NCBI GenBank assembly: GCA_040754455.1
Contig: JBFMCP010000011.1
Location: 1-64,000 of the forward strand
DNA: 64,000 nt
Direction: 5' to 3'
From: Nitrospirota bacterium
GTDB lineage: Bacteria; Nitrospirota; Thermodesulfovibrionia; Thermodesulfovibrionales; Dissulfurispiraceae
A program made the position numbers and the translations under genes. The notes under the pieces were generated by a model. The model was not told the DNA's origin. It saw only the letters and a program-made list of their open reading frames with translations, and searched no databases. Positions 10,268 to 20,105 of this stretch are shown here, one piece after another. How positions within the stretch are numbered: the stretch's first letter is position 1; each line of letters starts with the position of its first letter.

Positions 10268-10517
10268 GAGCGAAGAGGAGGAAATCGAGTTCTGGTCGAC
10301 TCATGATTCAACAGAGTATGTTGACTACTCAACGTCAAGATCCGTCGTCTTCCCGAACTTAAAACCCTCGACCAAAACGATCTCGATCCGCCTGCCTGAG
10401 TCCCTTATCGAACATCTCAAACTGCTCGCTAACAAAAGGGACATCCCTTATCAATCGCTTTTGAAAATGTTTTTAGCCGAACGGGTGGAAGAGGAACTCC
10501 ACGGAGCGGTCAAATAA
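10236..10517 (+). CDS. brnA: BrnA/CopG-type antitoxin
   Basis: IPKFKSEEEEIEFW..HDS, TISIRLP, IPYQSLLK ribbon-helix-helix; overlaps the toxin 3' end. Confidence 0.9.
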   Translation: MSKLKKIPKFKSEEEEIEFWSTHDSTEYVDYSTSRSVVFPNLKPSTKTISIRLPESLIEHLKLLANKRDIPYQSLLKMFLAERVEEELHGAVK

Positions 10518-10725
10518 ATTCTGTACTTTTAAGCACTATGCATTTAGCGAAAATACTCAATATCGCCTAACTACAACTATAGTATGAAATATTTAACAAT
10601 ATTTACCATCCCTTTGTCACATCCCCCGTTTAAAATGAACCGCGTCGATTCAAAATGAATAGTCCAGGATAAATAGACTCCTGTTTTTAAAATTATAAGC
10701 CGTTGAAATATATAATTTTGAAGCC

Positions 10726-10741
10726 TGGCACTCCTTTTGCT
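10726..10741 (+). promoter_or_regulatory. Sigma54 (-24/-12) promoter
   Basis: TGGCAC-TCCTT-TTGCT with exact GG-N10-GC spacing; upstream repeated AAAATGAA (about 10632-10660) may be an enhancer site. Confidence 0.8.
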
Positions 10742-10782
10742 AAACCATTATCGTCCTATAACAACGCTATCAAGGAGGAGTA

Positions 10783-11241
10783 ATGGAACGACCAATAGAG
10801 AATTCCAAAGAATTTCTGGACTTTCTGACACGGTGGCAGATTCTTGAAGACAGGTCTATTGCCAGCAGCCAGGAAATTATAGAAAAGACGACCAACCCCA
10901 TTGTCAGGATGACCATGGAGCTGATCAAACACGATTCGGAGAAGCACAAGATCGTCCTGGAGTTGATACGGGATACCGTTGCCAGAGAAGCGCTGCATCT
11001 CAGCCCTGATGAGCTTTCATCGCTTTCTGACCTGCTGAACCGGCATATGGATGCGGAAGCACAGACGCTTGCCATTGCCGATGAAATGTACCGAAAAAGC
11101 GAGCTTTTTGTTACCCGGTTCCTCCTCTCCTATCTGATCGCGGATGAGGCGAAACACCACGGGATGATAAGCAAACTCAACGAACTGAAGCGGGCCTCGA
11201 TTTCCACCTCAACCGGCGCACGAATCTACGATTACGACTGA
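10783..11241 (+). CDS. Ferritin-like/rubrerythrin-like four-helix protein
   Basis: AAGGAGG RBS; two-fold pattern E...DSEKH and E...DEAKH typical of ferritin-like di-metal folds. Confidence 0.7.
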   Translation: MERPIENSKEFLDFLTRWQILEDRSIASSQEIIEKTTNPIVRMTMELIKHDSEKHKIVLELIRDTVAREALHLSPDELSSLSDLLNRHMDAEAQTLAIADEMYRKSELFVTRFLLSYLIADEAKHHGMISKLNELKRASISTSTGARIYDYD

Positions 11242-11243
11242 AA

Positions 11244-11630
11244 ATGATCGGGAACGAAATTGGCATACTCGCGCAGGTGGCGGCCTCATCGTCGTGCAGG
11301 AACAGCAGGGAGCAGAGACGGCTCCATTCCAACTTCAATACGCTGCACGATTTCGGTATCCTGACGTTCAGCGGTGAGCTGGTTGCTCAGCATGCACACG
11401 AGCTCAAGACCGTGCTGATGAAAGCACTGGCAAGTTCGGACCGGCTGCTCATCCGTCTTGAGAATATAGCGAGGCATGATGATCACTGTGTGCAGGTGCT
11501 GTGCAATGCCCTGAGGATTTCGAGAGCGCTTAGGAAGCGGATATTCTTCAGCGGCAACTACGTAAAAAACCTTGGCACTGTTTTGGACGGTACACACTAT
11601 TACGGCGCTATTGAATTTTTAGAACGATAG
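11244..11630 (+). CDS. STAS-like domain protein (anti-anti-sigma-like)
   Basis: LTFSGEL...AHELKTVLMKAL...LLIRLENI..D...VQVL resembles STAS_2; start uncertain. Confidence 0.55.
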   Translation: MIGNEIGILAQVAASSSCRNSREQRRLHSNFNTLHDFGILTFSGELVAQHAHELKTVLMKALASSDRLLIRLENIARHDDHCVQVLCNALRISRALRKRIFFSGNYVKNLGTVLDGTHYYGAIEFLER

Positions 11631-11736
11631 ATTGCGGCAGGCGGGGTAACAACAACCTAAGCTTCATGGTGAAGCAACAAAGATAGAGGCTTCGGAGATC
11701 GCCCCCACAGATCTTCGGAGGAGAAAGGAGCCGACC

Positions 11737-13167
11737 TTGAGAACATCATTCGATCTCTACGAAGAAGATTTCGACGAACAGGACACCGTAGCCAATGACG
11801 CATCATTTGAACAGGAGCATAATTATCTGAGGATGTACCTGAGGGAAATAAGCATGATCCCCCTGCTCACCAAGGAGAAGGAGGTAAAGCTCGCACAGCA
11901 GATAGAGGAGTGCACGGCAAAGATATCCGAAATGCTCTTTACCGTCCCTTTTGTGCTTGATAAGGTGATAGAGCTCGGGGAGAAGGTGGAAAGGGGAGAG
12001 GTTCCTTTGGCCGATGTGGTGCAGGACGGCGACGACCTGTCCGATAACGATCTGCGTATTCGTATAAAAAAGTTTATCGAGACCGTCAGAGCGCTCCGTA
12101 TTCTCGCACGAAAGAGAAAGGATTTCCTAAAGAGAGTTGCCGGCGACCAGAGGAGAGCGGCATCCTCCAGCATGACGACGGTAATGAAAGCGCTGCAGAC
12201 CAATAAGATCCAGATTGTGCAGAAAGTCAAGGCGTTGCAGTTAAGGGACAGTGTCATCACTACCCTTTTGCGTGAGCTCAAAGCAATAAACGGTCATCTG
12301 AAAGTGCTGGGCGGCAGCGGAGCTGCGACAGGCGTCTGCACCGCGTCCCCTTCGAGCAAAGCACTAAAGAAAGAGATAAGGGACCTAGAATGCCGCATCG
12401 GCATCGACACCGAGAGGTTCGCGGCACTCGTTGAGGAACTGGAGCAGATTGAGAGGGAGATCAGCACGGCAAAGGAGCAGATGATCGAAGCGAACCTGAG
12501 GCTGGTGGTGAGCGTCGCCAAGCGCTACATCGGTAAGGGATTGAGCATGGAGGACCTTATCCAGGAAGGAAACATCGGGCTTATGAATGCCGTCGAGCGC
12601 TTCGAGTACCGGAGGGGATATAAATTCAGCACCTATGCAACCTGGTGGATACGCCAGGCGATCAGCAGGGCACTCTATAATCATGCGAGAATTATACGGA
12701 TTCCTGTGCATATGATCGATTACATGGGCAAGGTCACCAGGGCCACCGGCGAGCTCATCCGCGAAAACGGTTATGAGCCCACCGCTGAAGAGATTGCCGA
12801 ACGTGCCCGTCTCTCTGTCGAAAAGGTGAGGAACGTACAGCAGATCGCGAAAGACCCGGTGTCGATTGAGAGCGCCGTCGGTGAAGATCATGACTCGATG
12901 CTGAAAGATTTCATTGAGGACCATTATACTCCCTCACCGCTCGATGCGGCGATCACGGAGGATCTGAAAAAGCATATCGACAAGGTTCTCTCGCACCTCT
13001 CCCCGAAGGAGGAGATGGTTATCAGGGAACGCTTCGGCATCGGCAAAGACACCCATGCAACCCTGGAAGAGATCGGCGGCGAAATCGATGTCACCCGCGA
13101 GCGCGTCAGGCAGCTACAGGTACGGGCGATGCGGAAGTTGAGAGGACCACTCATGGCGGTACTGTAG
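11737..13167 (+). CDS. Alternative RpoD/RpoS-like sigma70 factor lacking region 1.1
   Basis: Region 1.2 [13 protein letters not shown]; region 2 [37 protein letters not shown]; region 4 [17 protein letters not shown] start after AAAGGAG. Confidence 0.93.
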   Translation: MRTSFDLYEEDFDEQDTVANDASFEQEHNYLRMYLREISMIPLLTKEKEVKLAQQIEECTAKISEMLFTVPFVLDKVIELGEKVERGEVPLADVVQDGDDLSDNDLRIRIKKFIETVRALRILARKRKDFLKRVAGDQRRAASSSMTTVMKALQTNKIQIVQKVKALQLRDSVITTLLRELKAINGHLKVLGGSGAATGVCTASPSSKALKKEIRDLECRIGIDTERFAALVEELEQIEREISTAKEQMIEANLRLVVSVAKRYIGKGLSMEDLIQEGNIGLMNAVERFEYRRGYKFSTYATWWIRQAISRALYNHARIIRIPVHMIDYMGKVTRATGELIRENGYEPTAEEIAERARLSVEKVRNVQQIAKDPVSIESAVGEDHDSMLKDFIEDHYTPSPLDAAITEDLKKHIDKVLSHLSPKEEMVIRERFGIGKDTHATLEEIGGEIDVTRERVRQLQVRAMRKLRGPLMAVL

Positions 13168-13175
13168 AAGCGCCG

Positions 13176-13265
13176 AGTTTCGGCTTTCAAGTTTCGAGTT
13201 AAGGGCAAAAGAATATGTGCGGAACATTGTATTCTTGACCCCGAGACTCGAAACTTGAAACTCGC
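13176..13265. repeat. Heptamer-repeat inverted element
   Basis: TTTCAAGTTTCGAGT ... ACTCGAAACTTGAAA arms around a spacer. Confidence 0.75.
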
Positions 13266-13594
13266 TCTTCTCATCTACATGCCTGTTCTACATACCTATT
13301 TTCTTGACCCACCCTTCGAGATGCGGTAGCATTTAAGTAGAGGTACTCCTGAGATGATGCTCCCGTATGAGCAGTGTTCCATCTCCTTGTAGGGAATGGT
13401 TGTCCGGACAGCCCGATCGAACACAAGACGGTAACCCTTACATACGGCTCGTCAGGTCAGAGAGAGGGCAAGACCATTATCAGCATTCCACCTGCATGCA
13501 GAACTGCATCTCCTTCCGACTCTCATTATCACTGTTGTCGCAGTCCTGGACATTCCCAGTAACAACGCCAGCCGCTCGCAAAGGAGGAATATAC

Positions 13595-14431
13595 ATGGCA
13601 GACCTCAGGACACCATGGGACGCGGGTCCCTATCGTGAGGAGGAAGCACTGAAACTGAGGAACATCGGTTCGCTTGGTGACTACGAAGTCGGCTCCGTCG
13701 ATGGCCCGACCGGTACGATCCGTGAATGCCTCTTTGATGACGAGATATGGGCAGTCAGGTTCATTGTCCTTGATGCCGGCGATTGGCTGCCGGGACGAAA
13801 GATTCTTATATCCCCGCTCAGCATCGACGAGCCGGAATGGGATGGCCAGCGGCTCCCTGTTCCGCTCACCAGGGCGCAGCTCATGAGAGGTCCTACGCTA
13901 GGGGTGGATGATCCCGTTTCCCGTCTGCACCAGATCGACCTCTATGCCTATTACGGGTGGCCGCCCTACTGGATTGAGGAGGAGTATTACGAGATTCCGC
14001 CGCACCCCTCGAACATCATGTCAGGGTTGAGCCAGGAGCAGGAGAAGGCAAGGGACCCTCACCTCTTCAGCACCCATGATACGATCGAGTATCGCATCGA
14101 GGCGCTTGATGGTGATATAGGGTATGTTACCGATTTCATTTTCGATGAAGACGATTGGGTGATCTACTATTTCGTCGTCGATATCACCGAGAACGAGCAC
14201 AGCAGGAGTGTGCTCATCTCCACCGAATGGATTCAGAGGATTGTCCTTGATGAGGAGCGGGTGTATGTCGAGCTCGACAGGGAAACGGTGAGAAGCAGCC
14301 CCGAGTATGATCCCGCTGTTCCCATTACCCGTGAATACGAACTCGAGCTTTACGATCACTACGGACGTCCGCGCTACTGGGAGCAGGGAGGAGATACCGA
14401 GGATGAGGAAGATACGCGTTTCTCAAGCTGA
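13595..14431 (+). CDS. Tandem PRC-barrel domain protein
   Basis: AAGGAGG RBS; two repeats (DG.IG...FDDE.W.VR/VIY..VD; LIS...I; LY.YYG.P.YW). Confidence 0.85.
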   Translation: MADLRTPWDAGPYREEEALKLRNIGSLGDYEVGSVDGPTGTIRECLFDDEIWAVRFIVLDAGDWLPGRKILISPLSIDEPEWDGQRLPVPLTRAQLMRGPTLGVDDPVSRLHQIDLYAYYGWPPYWIEEEYYEIPPHPSNIMSGLSQEQEKARDPHLFSTHDTIEYRIEALDGDIGYVTDFIFDEDDWVIYYFVVDITENEHSRSVLISTEWIQRIVLDEERVYVELDRETVRSSPEYDPAVPITREYELELYDHYGRPRYWEQGGDTEDEEDTRFSS

Positions 14432-14464
14432 GCGTATTCGCAATGAGTATGATCCTCTGATCCC

Positions 14465-14695
14465 TCATGTGTCCCGGCGGTCATCCGCTCCTTGTATAAC
14501 GCTCTCGGCGAGTGCCTTGTCAGATGCTCTGACGAGGATTTTGATTTCTCCCATTTTACCGATGGTGACCGGGTAGGGGCTTACCTTCGAGGAGCGCAGC
14601 ACCACCGGGACATCGCCGCTCTCGAGGAGGTCCTTTATCATTTCCGCCTCGAGAGGATCAGAGGTGACAAAAACTTCAACCCACTTTTCGCTCAC
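14465..14695 (-). CDS. DUF2007-like small protein
   Basis: [15 protein letters not shown]...IKILV...A; GTG start overlaps the fsa stop (GTGA). Confidence 0.8.
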   Translation of the reverse strand: MSEKWVEVFVTSDPLEAEMIKDLLESGDVPVVLRSSKVSPYPVTIGKMGEIKILVRASDKALAESVIQGADDRRDT

Positions 14696-15339
14696 TTCGC
14701 CTTCACTTTTTCCCAATCCTTGAGAAATTTCTCGATGCCGATATCAGTGAGCGGATGCTTGATGAGCTGGGTAATGACGCTGTAGGGTATCGTGGCGATA
14801 TGGGCGCCGATCTTCGCCGCATCAACCACATGCAGGGGATTCCTGATACTAGCGACAATGATCTCGGTGTTGAACATATAGTTCTCGAAAATAATCTGGA
14901 TATCCTCGATGATGTCCATACCGATATGGCTTATATCATCAAGCCTGCCGACAAAGGGGCTGACATAGGTTGCGCCTGCCTTGGCGGCAAGCAATGCCTG
15001 GCTGGATGAAAAAATGAGCGTCACATTCGTCTTGATGCCCGCCGAGGAGAGCCGCTTCACCGCTCTGAGCCCGTCCTCGGTCATGGGGATCTTGATCACG
15101 ATATTCTTGTGGATCTTCGCCAGCTCTTCGGCCTCCCTGACCATCTCCTCGGTCCTCAGCCCGATCACCTCTGCGCTGATGGGGCCGTCGACAATACCGC
15201 AGATCTCTTTCAGCAGACTCGTCGGGTCCTTTTTTTCCTTCGAAATGAGCGAGGGGTTCGTCGTGACGCCGTCGATGACGCCGACCTCCCAGGCCTTTTT
15301 GATCTCTTCCACATTGGCGGTGTCGATAAAAAACTTCAT
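14692..15339 (-). CDS. fsa: Transaldolase/fructose-6-phosphate aldolase
   Basis: [40 protein letters not shown]. Confidence 0.96.
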   Translation of the reverse strand: MKFFIDTANVEEIKKAWEVGVIDGVTTNPSLISKEKKDPTSLLKEICGIVDGPISAEVIGLRTEEMVREAEELAKIHKNIVIKIPMTEDGLRAVKRLSSAGIKTNVTLIFSSSQALLAAKAGATYVSPFVGRLDDISHIGMDIIEDIQIIFENYMFNTEIIVASIRNPLHVVDAAKIGAHIATIPYSVITQLIKHPLTDIGIEKFLKDWEKVKAK

Positions 15340-16091
15340 TGCTGCTCCTTATCCTCCTCTATCGCTGATAAAATGTAGTCATCTCCTTCTTTGACGACCT
15401 TGAAGCCGAAGGCGTTTATGGTCTCTAACAGCGGCTTCCCGAGCACCAGGCTCATGGCCGGGGCAGGGACATTGAACTTCTCCTCGAGAAAAGGTCGCAA
15501 GTAGGTATCGAACTGGAGGGCATCCATGATCTCTTCGACAGCGGCCTCATCGCCCCCGGCAAGCCGCTCAAAAGCCCCGGAGAGCCTTTTATATGAGCAC
15601 TTTTCCTCATGCCGCCTGATCGCATCGATCAGCACGTCAACAGACCTGAAGAGGTCTGCTCTCTTCAGCGATCCCTCTTCGAGCCCATCATAGAGATTTT
15701 TCTTGGTCCAGCACTCATATGTCCTGCATTGTGCAGGCCGGTGCTCATAGATGCTGCACCCTTCCTCGCCCTTATAGAAAAGACATCCGGCTTTCTCTCC
15801 CTCTTTCAACTTTATAAGTTCAGTAAAGGATTCATAGATCTGACCGTCCTCGCGGGAAGGCACCAGCTCACCGTCCCGTATGGTAGAGACGGCATCATAC
15901 GACAGTATGCCCGATGTAAAGAGGGCCATATCCTCCTTCATTAATGAAGGAGAGCTTCCCATGCAGCATTTGCCACAGCGTATGCAGTGGGTCCTCTTCT
16001 GGAGCTGCATTTTCTGGGGCGTATCGCCCTGCTCCAGTCCCTGGGGGGTAAGTATGTTCAATCGTTGATCCACAGCTTTTTTCTTTTTCAT
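15336..16091 (-). CDS. YkgJ-family cysteine cluster protein
   Basis: CIRCGKCC and CLFY...[16 protein letters not shown]. Confidence 0.85.
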   Translation of the reverse strand: MKKKKAVDQRLNILTPQGLEQGDTPQKMQLQKRTHCIRCGKCCMGSSPSLMKEDMALFTSGILSYDAVSTIRDGELVPSREDGQIYESFTELIKLKEGEKAGCLFYKGEEGCSIYEHRPAQCRTYECWTKKNLYDGLEEGSLKRADLFRSVDVLIDAIRRHEEKCSYKRLSGAFERLAGGDEAAVEEIMDALQFDTYLRPFLEEKFNVPAPAMSLVLGKPLLETINAFGFKVVKEGDDYILSAIEEDKEQQ

Positions 16092-17314
16092 GGCCTCTCT
16101 CCCGTAACCGCCTCGTCGATAACCTCGACGAGGTGTCGTATCTTTCTGTCGTTTATTCTGCTCTTCAGTTGGAGTATGCAGTTGGGGCAGGAGGTGACGA
16201 TCATGTCCGCCTCCCTGTAAACGTCAGCCCGCTTCTCGAGCATGCTCTCGGAAAGGTTCTGATATAATACCCGAAACGTGCCGCCAAATCCACAGCAGCC
16301 CTGTTCCGTATCGAGGAGATCGAACCCCAGAGCAGTGAGCATCTGCCGCGGCTCGTGTTTTACCTTGAGGTGGTACGAGGAGTGGCAGGGATCATGATAG
16401 GCGACACGGAGCGCCTTCTGCACTCGCACTCTGCCGTTCATCAGTTCCGGCAGACGGCTGCCGAGGAACTGAGAGACATCCATGGCATTCTCCATACCGG
16501 CCCCCGCAAGCTTCTTATATTCAAGCTTTATATAATGAACGCAGGTCGGACAGAGCCCGACAATCGCCTCGACATTCATCCTTTGGAATATAGTAAGATT
16601 CCGCTCCGCCAGTTGAGCGGCATCTTCTTCAAGACCCAGCCCTCTCAGCGGCGCACCGCAGCAGACTTCGCCTTTCGGCAGAACCACATCATAGCTCATC
16701 GCATTGAGCGTGCCGATCAATGACCTCCCTATGTGGGGATAGAGGAAATTCGCCGTACAGCCACCGAACACCGCTACTCTCCCCCGCGGTTTAGCTACCC
16801 TGAAGAGTGCCCCCTCTTCCCGCAAAGAGGTATCAGGAATATTAATATTGAAATCGTTCAACAGGCGGAAGGGCCGGAGCTTCCGGACCGGCAGGATCTC
16901 CCCGGTTACTTCAAGCAGTTTCAGCAGCTTAAAGCCGAATGATGCCTTCTTGAAGAGTACCTGTGCGCCATGACTCAGCAGCCTTCTCCTTCTGTCAAAC
17001 GTTCTCAGCACTCTTCTTCCCTCATAGATCGCATCGGTTACCGAAATGCCGAGCGGACAGTGACTGTTGCAGGCACCGCAGAGGATGCAGCTGAAAACCC
17101 TTTCGTCGAGGAGTTCCGAAGGTTCCAGCGTACCTTCCATGAACTGTTTGAGCAGCATCATCCGCCCCCGGGCGCTCATGCCTTCAGAGGCCTCTTCGCC
17201 ATAGGTCGGACAAAACGCCTTGCAGCTTCCGCAGCGCACACACGTTTCCGCCATTTCAGCAATGCGTTTCCTCGCGGAAACGTTCCGGATGTCTTCCATG
17301 TTACTCTTCATCAA
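16088..17314 (-). CDS. GlcF-like (Fe-S)-binding protein with two CCG domains
   Basis: CVRCGSCKAFCPT, CILCGACNSHCP, CCGAP, YHDPCH, CCGFGG, TSCPNC. Confidence 0.9.
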   Translation of the reverse strand: MMKSNMEDIRNVSARKRIAEMAETCVRCGSCKAFCPTYGEEASEGMSARGRMMLLKQFMEGTLEPSELLDERVFSCILCGACNSHCPLGISVTDAIYEGRRVLRTFDRRRRLLSHGAQVLFKKASFGFKLLKLLEVTGEILPVRKLRPFRLLNDFNINIPDTSLREEGALFRVAKPRGRVAVFGGCTANFLYPHIGRSLIGTLNAMSYDVVLPKGEVCCGAPLRGLGLEEDAAQLAERNLTIFQRMNVEAIVGLCPTCVHYIKLEYKKLAGAGMENAMDVSQFLGSRLPELMNGRVRVQKALRVAYHDPCHSSYHLKVKHEPRQMLTALGFDLLDTEQGCCGFGGTFRVLYQNLSESMLEKRADVYREADMIVTSCPNCILQLKSRINDRKIRHLVEVIDEAVTGERP

Positions 17315-17683
17315 TGGTTTTATACGCCTTTCGGAAGGTGTCCGACAGGGAAGGCATGAAAAGCCTTGCTTCGCTGTTTGTTGGCGCTATCATTGTTACT
17401 ATTCAAGAACACACGTTATTCAGACAGGAATGGGTGCGGAAAAAAGCTTTATAGCGCCTCCTTAGATTCCACCAAGGCCTCACATCCTTAATAACAATTT
17501 TTCTAAACGATGAGTAATGCATATCTAGTCATAATAAATTGCGCATAAGAAAGCTTCTTGGAGTACCCGTTCCTGCCTGCTCCGCGTATGTCCTGTATTC
17601 ATTACAAAAATACAATCTGCACACAACGTAATTGTTTATTTTAGCATTTTAGCAGTTACCCGGTATAGGGCGGGACAGACTAC

Positions 17684-18472
17684 TTACCTGTTGAGTTTGC
17701 CGCTTGAAAATCCTTCGAGATCAAGGCTGACATACTTGAAGCCGAACTCCCTGAACGCTTTCACTACCCCCTCTCTCAAGTCTCTATCAACAAAGCGCTC
17801 AATTTCTTCGGCCGGGACTTCGATCCTCGCTGTATCATGGGAGCATCTGACCCTGAGCTCGCTGAACCCGAGCTCCTTAAGGAATGCTTCGGCCCGCGCG
17901 ACGCGTCTGAGAGCGTCTCTGGTAATTTCCACGCCGTAGGGAAACCGGGAAGAGAGGCAAGGAGAGGCGGGTTTGGACCATGTCGGCAGTCCCGCGGCCT
18001 TTGACAATGCCCTTATTTCCTCTTTTGAGAGCTCCGCCTCGATGAGAGGACTCCTCACCCTATGCTTCTGTGCCGCCTTTCTGCCGGGACGCCAATCAGC
18101 GCAATCGTCGGCATTGCTGCCGTCGACCACGTGCCGATACCCCTCGGTAGCCGCAATTTGCCCGAGCTTGGCGAAAAGCTCGTCCTTGCAGTAGAAGCAC
18201 CGTTCTTTAGGATTGCGGACAAAATCGGGATTCTCAAGCTCATCCGTCATAATGATCCGGTGAGGAGCAGCAAGGGTTGCCGCCATTGCTGCCGCTGACT
18301 TCAGGTCCTCTTGAGGCATCGTCTCGGAAACGGCGGTAACGGCAATAAAGCGGATTCCCGATTCCTTGAGCGCCTTCAATAAGAAAGTGCTGTCCACGCC
18401 TCCCGAAAAGGCAAGAACAGCGGATTGCATATCGTTAAGGATAGAGAGGAGCTTTTGATACTTATCGGTCAT
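17684..18472 (-). CDS. larE: ATP-dependent sulfur transferase LarE family
   Basis: PP-loop AFSGGVDS, RCFYCK, DGSNADD, RPG, PCLSSRFPYG. Confidence 0.93.
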   Translation of the reverse strand: MTDKYQKLLSILNDMQSAVLAFSGGVDSTFLLKALKESGIRFIAVTAVSETMPQEDLKSAAAMAATLAAPHRIIMTDELENPDFVRNPKERCFYCKDELFAKLGQIAATEGYRHVVDGSNADDCADWRPGRKAAQKHRVRSPLIEAELSKEEIRALSKAAGLPTWSKPASPCLSSRFPYGVEITRDALRRVARAEAFLKELGFSELRVRCSHDTARIEVPAEEIERFVDRDLREGVVKAFREFGFKYVSLDLEGFSSGKLNR

Positions 18473-18475
18473 GAT

Positions 18476-18540
18476 CAGAGAACAGATTAGAATGAATTTT
18501 ATCTGTCTTCTGTATTCTGTCTTCTGACTTCTGGCTTCTA
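18476..18540. repeat. Degenerate heptamer tandem repeat
   Basis: TCTGTCT TCTGTAT TCTGTCT TCTGACT TCTGGCT, with a short opposite arm CAGAGAA CAGATTA. Confidence 0.75.
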
Positions 18541-20052
18541 AAGTACCGTGATCTCATAATTTTCCTGGTGGAAACGCATGTCCTCTTTTATGATGAGCTG
18601 GATGCCGTAGGTATGCTCAATCTCCTCGATGCCCTGCCGCTCCTCATAGGAGAGGAGCTCGGCAACAGAGGGGTGTGCCTTGATCATCGCCATCGAGCCA
18701 CTGATGAGGTTCATCTTTTTGAGCTTCCTGAATATCTCATAGGCCACCGTCCTCGTTGATTTAATGAACCCTTTCCCCTCGCAATAAGGGCACTGTTCGC
18801 ACAGGACCCGGCCGAGGCTCTCGCGCACGCGCTTCCTTGTCATTTGTATGATGCCCAGCTCGGAGATATTGTAGATCGTATTCTTGGCCCGGTCTTTCTT
18901 CATCGCATCGACAAAGGCCTTGAAGACCTTTTCACGGTTTTCGATCTTTTCCATGTCGATGAAGTCGATCACAATGATGCCCCCCAGATTGCGCAGACGT
19001 ATCTGGTAGGCTATCTCCTTCACCGCCTCGAGGTTGGTCTTCAGGATGGTATCTTCGAGGTTCTCTTTGCCGACAAACTTTCCTGTGTTCACATCAATGA
19101 CGGTCATGGCCTCGGTCTGGTCGATGACAATATACCCGCCGGATTTGAGCCATACCTTTCTTCCCAGCGCCCGCGAGATGTCGAGCTCGATGCCAAAGGC
19201 ATCGAAGAGCGGCTCTCTCCCCTCGTAGAGCTCGATCCGCTCGATAAGTTTGGGGAAATAGCTCTTTGCGAACTCCTTCAATCGCTCGTACTCTTCGGGA
19301 GAGTCGATCACCAGCCGCTCCACCTCCTGGCTCATGAAATCCCTTACGCTCCTGGATACCAGATCGAGGTCGCTGTAGAGCAACGCAGGGGCAGAGACCC
19401 TGTCCTTTTTCTGCTGGATGTTCTCCCAGAGAAGCAGGAGGAATTCGAGGTCCCGCTCCACCTCCTCGCGGGTAGCATCCTCACAGGCGGTACGCATAAT
19501 CAGTCCGAATCCCTTCGGCCTGACTTCTGATGCGATCGTCTTCAGACGGGTACGGGTCTCTTCATCCTCGATCCTGCGCGAGATGCCGACGTGTTCGACA
19601 TTGGGCATGAGTACGACATACCTGCCGGGCAGCGTAATATACGAGGTGACCCGCGCTCCCTTTGTGCCGATAGAATCCTTCGATACCTGCACAATAATAT
19701 CCTGGCCCTCCTGGATCAGCTCCTCGATAGGAACCGACTCCTCCACATGATCGCCCCTCGTATAGGACTCGGGCATCTCTATCTCTGCATCGAGGAAAGC
19801 GGCATAGTAATCGTCGATCTCCCGCATGATATCGGCAACATAGAGGAACGCGGCCTTCTCAAGTCCGATGTCGAGAAAAGAGGACTGCATGCCCGGCAAT
19901 ATCTTCAGCACCTTCCCTTTATAGATGTTGCCGACGAGGCTGGTGTCCCGTTTCCGTTCAATGTATAACTCGACAACCTGTCCGCCCTCCAGCAGCGCAA
20001 CCCTGCTCTCTTCACGTGTGACATTAATGACCAGTTCGCTCGTCATGACCAT
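18538..20052 (-). CDS. rng: Ribonuclease G/E family
   Basis: GNIYKGKV S1 domain, TKGARVT, TEAMTVIDVNTG, RLRNLGGIIVIDFIDM, CPYCEG. Confidence 0.95.
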   Translation of the reverse strand: MVMTSELVINVTREESRVALLEGGQVVELYIERKRDTSLVGNIYKGKVLKILPGMQSSFLDIGLEKAAFLYVADIMREIDDYYAAFLDAEIEMPESYTRGDHVEESVPIEELIQEGQDIIVQVSKDSIGTKGARVTSYITLPGRYVVLMPNVEHVGISRRIEDEETRTRLKTIASEVRPKGFGLIMRTACEDATREEVERDLEFLLLLWENIQQKKDRVSAPALLYSDLDLVSRSVRDFMSQEVERLVIDSPEEYERLKEFAKSYFPKLIERIELYEGREPLFDAFGIELDISRALGRKVWLKSGGYIVIDQTEAMTVIDVNTGKFVGKENLEDTILKTNLEAVKEIAYQIRLRNLGGIIVIDFIDMEKIENREKVFKAFVDAMKKDRAKNTIYNISELGIIQMTRKRVRESLGRVLCEQCPYCEGKGFIKSTRTVAYEIFRKLKKMNLISGSMAMIKAHPSVAELLSYEERQGIEEIEHTYGIQLIIKEDMRFHQENYEITVL

Positions 20053-20105
20053 CTCTCCGAAAAAATCTTTATTTTAATTCTGAATTTCCGATTTTTAATT
20101 TGCAA

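Noticed and set aside
17356..17454. Possible 32-aa ORF MKSLASLFVGAIIVTIQ... with a purine-rich upstream tract
   Set aside because: Too short, with no family resemblance; it cannot be supported without conservation or ribosome profiling.
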